A DNA stretch of 64,000 nucleotides from positions 9,114,001 to 9,178,000 of the forward strand of contig NC_134031.1 of NCBI RefSeq assembly GCF_964204645.1. The letters run 5' to 3'. This document shows, one piece after another, positions 1 through 11,111 of the stretch; the stretch's first letter is position 1, and each line of letters starts with the position of its first letter. The notes beneath the pieces are model-generated. The model did no database searches, was not told the DNA's origin, and saw only the letters and a list, made by a program, of their open reading frames with translations. The position numbers were made by a program, and so were the translations under genes. The stretch is from Tubulanus polymorphus (lineage: Eukaryota > Animalia > Nemertea).

Positions 1-13
1 AGCTTGGAGGCAG

Positions 14-967
14 TATTATCATACAACTTGCTTTTTATTCATTTTCGGAAGCAAATTCATATTCATATTTATATTTTATGATTTATATGATATTTCATAT
101 ATAGTATTTCAGTCATAATTTTGTATTTATGATATCTAACTTCATTTTTATAATTTTTGACTTTGTAATTGTATTTCTGGTTTTTAGCAGATTGTTATCT
201 ATTATTTAACACACAGAGATGACCTGACACTGTCTAAGCAATTAATTATTTACAAGCTCTATGCCTATGTGTTAATTGGTATCTAAACTTGAGTCGTGGT
301 CAACAGCGAAGTTTGTCTGTCACCTATGGATTTGTCTATTGTAGTACTCACAGCCGCTGCCAACAAGTTTGGACATATTTTTAATTAGTTTCTCGCTCTG
401 GCTATCTGTCTCCAAGGTATATTGACCAATCATGATGTTCGTTACAAATGCGAGATGGGTCCGAATTTTTAGGGTATTTAAACCCTAGCTAACCAAGATC
501 TTTGCTCAGTTTACATCTCGCATCTGTAATAAACACATGATTGCTGTCAATGCTTTAGTTGGACTTATAATCTTATTTTCAAGGTAAGCCAGAGTTATGT
601 TACGTGTTTTATATCTGAAATAGGCCTAAGACCTTATACATAAGGTTTTTAATATCTAGTCTAGTTTAATATACTGATCTCGTCTAATTCAAAACTTCTG
701 TTGTCTGAATAAATCTTAAGATAAAGAATGTTTATTCCATTATCTCACAATACTATATTTCATAATACTATACTCAATATTTAACGAAATGTGATATCAA
801 TAATTTGTCTATATGATATTGATTATATTGGCTCAGTTTACATCTCGCATCTGTAATAAACACATGATTGCTGTCAATGCTTTAGTTAATCTTATTTTCA
901 AGGTGACGTGCTCTCGTAGCAAACTCGTTCTCATAACGTTAACGTAACAACGAAAGTTGCGTTAATA
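14..967 (+). repeat. 5' LTR (954 bp)
   Basis: Matches 9141-10104 with about 6 substitutions and two indels (8 bp and 2 bp) by eye; ends TATTA...TAATA. Confidence 0.97.
475..590 (+). promoter_or_regulatory. LTR core promoter / polyA signal / splice donor
   Basis: TATTTAAA at 475-482, Inr-like TCAGTT ~30 nt downstream, AATAAA at ~528, AAG|GTAAGC donor at ~583. Confidence 0.55.
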
Positions 968-970
968 AAT

Positions 971-980
971 TGGTGGAGAA
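971..980 (+). promoter_or_regulatory. Primer binding site, probably tRNA-Ala
   Basis: TGGTGGAGAA 3 nt after the LTR; complementary to the 3' end (..UUCUCCACCA) of eukaryotic tRNA-Ala. Confidence 0.75.
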
Positions 981-1004
981 CCCGAACGAACAGACCTCTC
1001 GCAA

Positions 1005-2177
1005 ATGCCAAGCGGAACGTCACCGATCAACTTCTCTGGAAGATCATTGCGAAGCTCATCTCAAGCAAGCAAGAAGTCTTCATCACTGTTGCCGTCTACT
1101 CAAATCAACACGACGAATTCATCAACAGCAACCAATTCGGCAAGTGTGTCGACCCCAGAACAATTGACACCGCCGACACCACCCCCGATCATCGATACTA
1201 CAAACGAAATCATGCCGGGAATACAGTTACCTCGGTTTACTGACCAAAACCCTCATGTCTGGTGGGACCTATGGCAATCGTACATATCGGCTTACCGGAT
1301 ACAACCAGACCAACAGGTCCATCATTTTAAGCTGCATTTGTCCGACCAAGCGCTTACCTGGTACCGATCATTGAGCGACGATATCAAAAAGGACAATGCG
1401 AAACTAAAAACTGCATTTACGACTCGCTTTAGTAACTCTAACGGAAATAGCATGTCAATTCTACAATTCAAACAGGAATCAGGTCAGTCAGTTACGTCAT
1501 ATTTAGAAAACTTTCTCCAGAAGTTGAACCCTATGGAACTGAGTGAAACATTGAAAGTCAGCTTCCTAATAAATGGTCTTCGTGACGATATTAAGCTGAT
1601 TATCATGCCTCAAAACCCAAGTACTGTTCAAGAGGTACTTACAAAAGCGAGCCTCGCTGAACAAACTATCGAAGTGACATCCCCAATCACAGTAGCTAGC
1701 GCAGCCACTACTAATGATATGGGAACAATCATGGACATGATGCGAAACCTCCAAGCTCAAATGCAAGAACTCCGAACACAGGTTATGGAAGATGTCAACC
1801 CACCGGAAATCGCGTATGCTCATCATACCAGGGAGCCACGACGACCTCAGAATGCGGAGATGCAACAGAATCAACGTCAACCCACATATAATACACCTCA
1901 ACAGTCAATGAGATATCAATCATCACAGCAACAACCACGAAATTATGATCACCAAGGTCCACAGACTCCACAAGGCCGTCAAGAATGTAATAACTGTGGT
2001 GAGTATTGTGGCGGAAGTAGTTTTTGTAGGGCTTTTCATGCAATTTGCAATTTTTGTAAGAAACCTGGTCATTTTGAACGAAAATGTCGTAAAAAGAAAT
2101 TTAGTCAATACTCCGGTACCCAGAACTTCAATACTCAACACCCCAACACTCGACCCCCTCGTCAATATTGCCCCTGA
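1005..2177 (+). CDS. gag: Gag (capsid + CCHC nucleocapsid)
   Basis: 390-aa ORF right after PBS; retrotransposon gag motifs (LSDQALTWY, QESGQSVTSY, FLINGLR) and zinc knuckle CNFCKKPGHFERKC. Confidence 0.93.
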   Translation: MPSGTSPINFSGRSLRSSSQASKKSSSLLPSTQINTTNSSTATNSASVSTPEQLTPPTPPPIIDTTNEIMPGIQLPRFTDQNPHVWWDLWQSYISAYRIQPDQQVHHFKLHLSDQALTWYRSLSDDIKKDNAKLKTAFTTRFSNSNGNSMSILQFKQESGQSVTSYLENFLQKLNPMELSETLKVSFLINGLRDDIKLIIMPQNPSTVQEVLTKASLAEQTIEVTSPITVASAATTNDMGTIMDMMRNLQAQMQELRTQVMEDVNPPEIAYAHHTREPRRPQNAEMQQNQRQPTYNTPQQSMRYQSSQQQPRNYDHQGPQTPQGRQECNNCGEYCGGSSFCRAFHAICNFCKKPGHFERKCRKKKFSQYSGTQNFNTQHPNTRPPRQYCP

Positions 2178-5100
2178 AGGAGCGCGCCTATCCCGGATCA
2201 TACTGATTCTCAGGATGGGCACGAATTAGAGGAAACACCCACTGTCAATGTAACAGAGGTTCGAAATTCAATTCTAGTAAAAATTTCTGGCTACCAATTT
2301 TCTTCATTAGTCGATACAGGTGCGTCTATTTCATGTATTTCCACCAAAACGCTTAAACGTCTACCACAAAATATTACCCTGAGGCCATCAGTTATTTCTC
2401 ATATTGCGGGAGTAGGTGGCGAGAAACATATGGTTGAAGGTCAAGTTCAACTTGATATCAATATTGGAGGCTTAGCCGTTTCTCATTTACTGTATGTAGT
2501 TGCACAAATGCAACACCCGGTCATCCTGGGTTTAGACTTCCTTGAAGCAAATGACGCAAAAATCTGTTTCAAAACTCGTACCCTCACTCTTCGGGACAAT
2601 GAAGTCTATACAGTCCTCAACACGTCCGGAGCTGGCTTAGTCAGGACTGAGAGACACACTGTCATTCCTCCCTATTCTGAATCTCGCATTCCTGTCCGCA
2701 TGTCTAAATCCGACACCCCAAAGATCTGTTTTTTGGAACCGGTTCAATCGCTCCACAAGACGCAAATCCTAGGCGCTAAATGTCTTGTCAATGTCGATAG
2801 GAATCGTTCAGTCATGTCCATCCTCAACCCCACTGATCAGGAAATGGTGCTACCTCGTAAAAAGGTTGTGGCCACGTATTTTGATATAGATCATGATTCA
2901 ATTGTTCCAATTAATGATGATTTTGACGCAAATAATTTTGATAAAACTGAACAAACAGAATTATACCCGCCGCAGCCAATCCATTTCGATCTATCAGATG
3001 CAGATCTTGATGAAGGTCAAAAAGAACAACTCTCAAAATTTTTGAAAGACAATCGCGATGTGTTTGCTGCTAATCTGTCTGAAGTTGGTCATACTGAAAT
3101 GTATTATCACAAAATTGAAACTGACCCCGGAGCAAGAAAAGTCAGCCAGCCTTTTTACCGCACTCACGCGGAAAATAAAAAGGAAATTGAACGGCAGGTT
3201 GACGAGTTACTCAAAAACAAATTCATAACTAAGTCAAATTCTGAATGGCATAGTCCGGTAGTACTCGTAAAAAAGAAGTCTGGTGAATTTCGCTTCGCGG
3301 TCGATTATCGGAAATTAAATCAAATTACCACTCAGCGTGATTTTCCTCTCCCAAGGTTCGAGGATGCAGTCGATTTAATCGGTGACTCGAAAGCCCAATT
3401 GTTTAGCAGCCTCGATTTGGCTAGTGGTTTTTGGCAAGTCCCTCTCGATCCTACCACTAAACATAAATCGGCTTTCATCACCCATCACGGGATTTTTGAA
3501 TGGGAGAGATTACCATTTGGTCTGAAAAATAGCCCGGCTACATTTGCTTCAGTCATGGCTCGTGCTCTCCAAAGTCTCAACTGGAAATTTGTACTAATAT
3601 ACGTGGATGACATCTTGATTTTCTCCCGTAACTTTGAGGAACATCTCCACCATCTTGATCTCGTTTTTAAACATCTTCGTAAGGCAGGCCTCACACTGAA
3701 ACCATCTAAATGCCAGTTTGCTTGACGTGAAATACTCTATTTAGGTCATATCATTACGAAAGGAGGCGTAAAAATAGATCCATCCAAAACTAAGGTCATT
3801 CAGGAATTAGAACCCCCAAAAGGCGTTAAAAGTGTCCGCCAGTTTCTAGGCATGTGTAATTACCACAAGAAGTTCATTAAGGGTTACAGTCAGATTGCCA
3901 CTCCATTGTATAATCTACTGAAAAAGGATAATAAATTCGTTTGGACCCTGGAATGTGATAGAGCTTTCAACTCCTTGAAACATGCCCTAACATCAGCACC
4001 AATTCTTGTATACCCAGACATGACAAAACCTTTCATCTTGACTACCGATGCGTCAGACTATGCACTGGGCTACATCCTCAGTCAACTCGACGATAACAAA
4101 CGAGAACGTGTCATTGCATTCGGTGGTCGTGCACTATCAGGTGCTGAAATAAATTACTGTACTACTGAGAAAGAAGCCCTCGCCATTGTGGATGGTATTC
4201 ACCACTTCAGGGTTTACCTCGCAGGGTCCAAATTCAGATTCACAATATATACTGATCACCAAGCCCTGGTATACATCAAGTCGATCAAACCAGAAACAAA
4301 ACGTGTTCATAAGTGGGCATTGTCTATCCAAGATTATAACTTCGATGTTGTTTACAAAGCTGGGGTTAACAATGAACCTGCAGATTTCTTATCACGAACT
4401 AAGTACACTGAGCCCGAGAAACCTCTTGACGAGGACTCGTATGATAACGCAGCAGAAATCTGCACCATTGACCCTTCATGTTTCGCCGATACGTGTTCAC
4501 TTCAAGAATCACGTAGGGCTCAATGGACATATCGGGTACAAGACACAATTTCTCGAGACACCTCTGTACTAGAAACAACTGTTTCAGTAATCATTATAGG
4601 TGACTCTGCATCAGAAGCTTCCCATATAGGTCATTTACAGAAAGAAGCAAAAGATTTCAAAGATATCTATGCTTATCTATTGAATGGTACCTTGCCTGAA
4701 AACAAGGAACAAGCCAAGAAAGTAATTCGTGTTGCAGACGGCTATGCTATCTGTGAGGGTATTCTCTATTACTTCTGGCAACGACACTTTAGTGACAAAC
4801 GTCTGATTCGAACACTTGCATTACCCCCTAGCAAAAGATGCGACGCTCTTAAAGCTTACCATGACTGTATTGCAGGAGGAGGACATTTCGGTGTAGAACG
4901 AACATACGCAGCTCTGAGGCAAAAATACTATTGGCCGAGAATGTTCAGTGACGTCAGTCATTACGTCAAGAACTGTGACGAATGTCAGCGTGCGAAAACC
5001 TCACGCCATGACTTACCGGCCCCCCTCCACCCTCTTCCTGTAGCTAGAGTCTTTGAACGCGTCCACATGGATATCTTAGGGCCACTGGTCGTGAGTGATG

Positions 5101-6321
5101 AAGGTTATCAATACATTTTACTCGTCGTAGACAGTTTCACTGGCTGGTGTGAAGCCTTTCCATTGAAAGATCAGTGTGCCAATACTATTGCCAAGGTTCT
5201 ATTTTCAGAAATTATTTCTAGGTACGGCGCCCCAGAACAACTGTTGTCGGATCGGGGTAAAAAACTTTCTCTCCAAGATAGTAGCAGCTCTCTGCGAACT
5301 TTTTCAAATAAAAAAACTAAATACCACTTCTTATCATCCCGAAACAAATTCAACTTGCGAACGCCGTAACTCCTTAATTGCGCAGAGCTTACGTGCCTAT
5401 TGCATAGACCGAAAACAACAGGATTGGCCAGATCTCTTGCCTGGCATCATGATGGCATTCAGGATGTCACCCTCGACACGCTCAACAGGGTACTCCCCTC
5501 ATTACCTATTGTTCGGCAGAGAGATGAATGTACCTTTTGATACATCGTTACAATTACAAACTAATCTGGGTACCGCGGCTAACTATTACATCGAAAATCT
5601 TCTAGATACTCTCCAAATGACGAATAAAATTGCAAGTGACAATGTAGGGAAATGTAAAGAAAAGATGAAACAAAATTTTGATAAAAAGGCTAAAGAACCG
5701 CATTTTCAGCCACTCGAGCAGGTCTTACTGCGAACAAAAAAGGTTCCCAAAGGCCTCTCCAGGAAATTACACCACAAATTTGACGGTCCATATTACATTG
5801 TTGACTGTAGCAATAATCATCATTACAAGTTGAGAAAGTGTTCAGATGACAAATTGCTTCAATCTCGTCAACATGCCAATCGAATGAAACATTACCACGA
5901 CCCTCGAGACCGCAGCTATCTACACATAGATACACCCCTAGAACCGCAACTACCGCCAACTGAACAAACATCCAATGATTCATCGGATAACCATCCAGAT
6001 ACTGCCATCCCTACGTCGGTCACACCCGAAGGAACTCAATTATCACCACCTAACTCGTCTGACACTCAGAATCCTTCGGATACTGATCCGACTCCTGATA
6101 CTGACAATGAGTGGGACGATTTACAGATTGATAAGATTGTCAAGTGTGCGTACCACAATGGCTCAAAAACTTATCTTGTGAAATTTGAAGGTTTAGCAAA
6201 GAAAGTCTGGCTATGGGCTGATGATGTACCAGAAGCACCACGTCGTGAATTTCATGTCCGTTACACCCTCCAGGGCAAGAAGCGAAAACAAACCAAGCGT
6301 AGGCCAAAACATTTTGCATAA
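2178..6321 (+). pseudogene. pol: Pol (protease, RT, RNase H, integrase, chromodomain-like C-terminus), disrupted
   Basis: LVDTGAS protease in frame with gag; RT LDLASGFWQ, LPFGLKNSP, YVDD; RNase H TTDAS, EKEALA, YTDH; integrase HHCC and DDE; in-frame TGA at 3723-3725 and frameshift in A-run at ~5260. Confidence 0.95.
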
Positions 6322-6463
6322 AATAATCACTACCAACCCGTCAACACGAGCTTCTTGCACATCTTTCTATAGATTTCCAAAATTTTTTCTCTTATGTCTT
6401 ACGCTCCCTCTAAGTAGACAGTCAAACTGTCGAAATTGTGCTATTGAGTAGTAATTCATATTG

Positions 6464-6497
6464 GTTTTTTTTTTCTCTTTCTCTCTTTTTGATTTAG
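6464..6497 (+). promoter_or_regulatory. Splice acceptor upstream of env
   Basis: Long polypyrimidine tract followed by TTTAG at 6493-6497, 32 nt before the signal-peptide ATG (6530). Confidence 0.65.
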
Positions 6498-6529
6498 GGG
6501 TCTCTTGGAGAAGCTACTTGTTCTTCGTT

Positions 6530-8919
6530 ATGGTAATGATTACACTCTTGCTGCCTTCGACTTCGGCTTCGGTTTACATACAGAGGATTAACTGCGGCCT
6601 CATCTTCCAACGGCAATCCAGGATTCATTTCGGTACGGAAGCTTGGATGCATACTTATGCTATTCCAATTCCTCAAAGTCAATATCCTGACCGCCTTCCG
6701 TTGTGTCGCTCAAACGGGTCACACTGTTCACAAATGGCTGCACTTATCCGTCAGGTCAACGCACTTCGCTTGGATACTGCATCGACAGTAAATGCTACTG
6801 CAAACTTCATTCGTGATGTTATACCCGTGATGGTAGACCGCGCTAACTCTCGATCACGCAGAGCCGGATTTTTACCTTTCATTGGGTCTCTTTCTAAGTC
6901 ATTGTTTGGTACTGCTACAATGGATGACGTTAATATGCTCACCAGGCATATCAGTTCACTTGAGAAATACCGACGCACAATCAACAACAAACTAACGCAT
7001 GATGCGGGTACGATGGCCTCTTTTATGGCTGAAGTTGATAATCGGTTTAACCATGTGGTTAAAGAGCTTACTTCGGACCACAAAGCCATCGCATCACTAT
7101 ATACACGATTCCGTGTCTTGTATACGGATGTTCAAGACACCATCTCGACCACTACTACGATTCTGATGAACTCAATTCAACGAGCTACCACAGTTAGGCA
7201 ACACCTAACTGCTCTACTTACTGGCATTAAGGACTTAACGAATGGTATCCTGTCACCTACTATCCTTTCCCCGAGTTTGTTAAGTTCGACAATGAAACAA
7301 GTGAAAGTGGTGCTTGCGGAAAAATTTCCAGACTATGCCCTCGTTGTTAATAACCCATTGGCGTTGTACAAGTCGGCTAAATTTCTGGTTTCCCGCAACG
7401 AGACGATGTTATTTCTATCGCTTAAGTTTCCTATTGCACTGAAAAAGGCTTCTCTGAACTTGTACAAAGTTATTTCACTTCCCGTTCCTATTATCTCTTC
7501 TGCACATCATTTTACGCACTTACCATATCTTACACCCTATTTTGCTATCGATGATTCACATACATCGTATTCTCTTTTGACGATGTTCTCCAATGTAGAA
7601 AGAAGCATGATACTTTCTGTCATTCCAGTGTGCCTATTTATAAGTCCTCATATTGGTCTTGCGAGTTAGCCCTGTTTCAGGATGTATCCGTATATATTAC
7701 TCGACACTGTGCCTTCCGAGTTGTCCGCACAGTATTACCTCCTAAGGCTATCGAAATCTCTCCCTCTTCGCTGATCATTTACAACACTCCTCAATTATTG
7801 CTGACTTGTAAGCACACTGCTAGGGAACCATCAGTTCAATTTGGGTGTTCCCTCTGCATCATCAAGGTTCCATGTCACTGTACAGTTACTTCAAGTTCGT
7901 ATTCTGTGGCTCCTCGCGCCTCAGTCTGTCATTACGATCGCATAAGGAACCCCTTTGAAATGATTCACCCCGTTAATCTGGCTGTACTTCAAGTTTTTTT
8001 CTCTGAGGACCGCACTAAGAATCTGTTAGGTCAATATGTGTCACACAAACGTTTCGATGTCAATCTACCCTCTTTCAAAATGTTTAATCACTCATTCTCT
8101 AAATTTCTGGCTAATGATAAAAGTGACCACTTCAGTTTAAAGTCTGTCGCGGATGCAGTAAAACGTAATCAAAAAGTCTATCAAGATTTGGCTGAACCAC
8201 TTTTAGATGGTGTTATCTCTTTGCCATCAGATTGGTCCGCGCCGACTACCATTTTGACATTTTGCACGCTAGGTATCTCGGTACTCTTTAGTTGTTTATC
8301 GATCTGGTTATTCAGGAGGGTTCAGTTTCTCTCTGCCGCCCTTCTCCTACTTCAGGCCCCTCACTCACATGCTTTAACGCCACCTACTCTGTGGGAGTAT
8401 GGGCTTTCATCTACATCAAATACCTCCAATAGTGACGACCTACAACTCAGGCTTCTCAATACCTTGCTGGTTTTCACGTGCATTAACACATTCATTTGGC
8501 TTATCATCATAATTCGGTATGTGCATACGAATCTTCATTCTCATGGCACCTCTATAGCTTTAGAAATTACTAATGGTCCACATTGTGAGCGAGTTCACGT
8601 TTTAAAGTTGCCATTATGTCCAGTTCATTGGGATATTTCTTATCCATCTAATATGTATGATGTCTCTATCTCAGGGATCTTGCGTCCGCATCTCTATTTC
8701 CAGGTTACCAACTGGACCATTGTCAATCGATTGTCCGGACAACAAGTTACATTACCTCCTTCAGTATCTATTCCCCCTATTCAAGCATATCGGCTTAAGT
8801 CCATTCTTTCTACTCCATACAGCGCTTACATCATTATCATACACCAAAACAGTTACACTGTTTTACAACCAGATCCATCTATCAAACCATCGGCTCCAAC
8901 TATTACTATGGGTGATTAA
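6530..8919 (+). pseudogene. env: Env-like class I fusion glycoprotein, one frameshift near 7580
   Basis: Signal peptide MVMITLLLPSTSA; furin site RSRR followed by fusion peptide AGFLPFIGSLSKSLFGTAT; heptad-like region; Cys-rich ectodomain; TM segments; N-glycosylation sequons. Confidence 0.85.
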
Positions 8920-9127
8920 CGATATAGGCTAGCACTCTATGTAAATATTTCTCGTCGATATATTTCTATATTTTCTTTTTACTATTTTGTACAGTCGTCT
9001 CAAACCAGGTTTCATTATAGTATCATTATGTATTTCTTTTATGCACTTCCGCTGCAATCTCCATCACATATTATGTTTTATATATATCCGCGTGTGAAAG
9101 TGAATTTGCGGAGCAAATTCCTATCCA

Positions 9128-9140
9128 GGCAAGGGGGGAG
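9128..9140 (+). promoter_or_regulatory. Polypurine tract
   Basis: GGCAAGGGGGGAG immediately 5' of the 3' LTR. Confidence 0.9.
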
Positions 9141-10104
9141 TATTATCATACAACTTGCTTTTTATTCATTTCCGGAAGCAAATTCATATTCATATTTATA
9201 TTTCATGATTTATATGATATTTCATATATAGTATTTCAGTCATAATTTTGTATTTATGATATCTAACTTCATTTTTATAATTTTTGACTTTGTAATTGTA
9301 TTTCTGGTTTTTAGCAGGTTGTTATCTATTATTTAACACACAGAGATGACCTGACACTGTCTAAGCAAGTAATTATTTACAAGCTCTATGCCTATGTGTT
9401 AATTGGTATCTAAACTTGAGTCGTGGTCAACAGCGAAGTTTGTCTGTCACCTATGGATTTGTCTATTGTAGTACTCACAGCCGCTGCCAACAAGTTTGGA
9501 CATATTTTTAATTAGTTTCTCGCTCTGGCTATCTGTCTCCAAGGTATATTGACCAATCATGATGTTCGTTACAAATGCGAGATGGGTCCGAATTTTTAGG
9601 GTATTTAAACCCTAGCTAACCAAGGTCTTTGCTCAGTTTACATCTCGCATCTGTAATAAACACATGATTGCTGTCAATGCTTTAGTTGGACTTATAATCT
9701 TATTTTCAAGGTAAGCCAGAGTTATGTTACGTGTTTTATATCTGAAATAGGCCTAAGACCTTATACATAAGGTTTTTAATATCTAGTCTAGTTTAATATA
9801 CTGATCTCGTCTAATTCAAAACTTCTGTTGTCTGAATAAATCTTAAGATAAAGAATGTTTATTCCATTATGTCACAATACTATATTTCATAATACTATAT
9901 ACTCAATATTTAACGAAATGTGATATCAATAATTTGTCTATATGATATTGATTATATTGGCTCAGTTTACATCTCGCATCTGTAATAAACACATGATTGC
10001 TGTCAATGCTTTAGTTGGACTTATAATCTTATTTTCAAGGTGACGTGCTCTCGTAGCAAACTCGTTCTCATAACGTTAACGTAACAACGAAAGTTGCGTT
10101 AATA
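9141..10104 (+). repeat. 3' LTR (964 bp)
   Basis: Direct repeat of 14-967. Confidence 0.97.
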
Positions 10105-10299
10105 GCAGACAACATCTGACCCTCCTAAATCATAATAAGACTCACTAATACGACATGGAGGCAGACCAAATCTGACCCTCCCAAATATTCAAACATATAA
10201 AGCTAATAACGGTACAAATTACAGAATGCATTATGTGAACAGTATGCAAAGTGACATTACGCAAATCAGACAGAAATTAGATGGGTTAACGGCTTATCC

Positions 10300-11111
10300 A
10301 AGTGCTGAGATGTATCCGAAGCATTAATGCGGGTTTAGATTGTCATCTTTGCTACCTACGCTGCAGCGTAACCACAGCTCGCCAACCACCTTTCCCCATG
10401 GGCACGCTGGATTGACAACTCGCAACCGCCGAAACTGTTGGTCTTACAGCTGGGCGGCGGAAAACCGTAATCGCTATCTAGCTGCCGTATAGTGCTAGCG
10501 TACTTGATTAGTTGTCTTGATTGTCTCTGATTGTAAAAGTATCTACGGTATTAAATTTGACCACGTACACTGACATGAATACATCAAAACATTTACTCCA
10601 TTCGAAAATGGACTGCAGCTGTTTTGGCTTACGTTAAGATAGGGTCAGCGCTCTCTCTAACGTAACGGTAGCTTGCAGGCTATCCTCGACAGCGATGGTC
10701 GATACACACAAGGAGGCTAAATCGACGAATCTGTTCGACCAGATATCCGCTTTCAATTTGTTGGAAACTGCAAAATCTAAAGGTACATCCGAGGTCGCTA
10801 GACCTAACGGTTTGATGGAGGTTGACGGGGTCAAAGCCCAACAACTCACTAACAGCTGGAGGCTGATCGGCCTGAAGGATATCCAATGTCAGCGTGGGAA
10901 TCTCGACTTCGGGTTGCTCTGTTCTGGCGGGAATCAAGCCCTGCTCCTTCATCATTGACAGGACCCGAGCTTCCACATCCTCGGCACTGAGTGAGGCCGG
11001 AGGCGGCGGTACTGGGGCTGGAGTTTCTACTCGCAATGGCGCCGATCTCACTCTTTTTGCCCTTGCAGGTTTTCCCATGGGCGGGGTTCTGCGCTTATTC
11101 TTCAGTGGCAT
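10300..11111 (-). pseudogene. DIRS/Ngaro (tyrosine-recombinase retrotransposon) gag-like ORF relic
   Basis: Frameshifted minus-strand peptides PLDFAVSNKLKADIWSNRFVDLASL, IFEWSKCFDVFMSVY, LIKYASTIRQL..DQQFRR..PW match the motif series typical of DIRS/Ngaro ORF1. Confidence 0.65.

Larger units (their letters stand above)
14..10104 (+). mobile_element. Full-length Ty3/Gypsy LTR retrotransposon with env-like ORF
   Basis: Two near-identical LTRs (14-967, 9141-10104); identical 4-bp TSD GCAG at 10-13 and 10105-10108; PBS, PPT; gag-PR-RT-RNaseH-IN order of Ty3/Gypsy; third ORF with furin site and TM. Confidence 0.97.

Noticed and set aside
3723-3725. TGA within RT as programmed read-through
   Set aside because: Falls in the conserved KCQF..EILYLGH segment with no downstream structure; simple nonsense mutation is more likely.
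1566-5983. Short antisense and alternate-frame ORFs over gag/pol
   Set aside because: Shadow ORFs of the retrotransposon coding strand with no motifs.
10132-10153. TAATAAGACTCACTAATACGAC resembles the T7 promoter
   Set aside because: Mismatched and permuted, no vector context; chance similarity.
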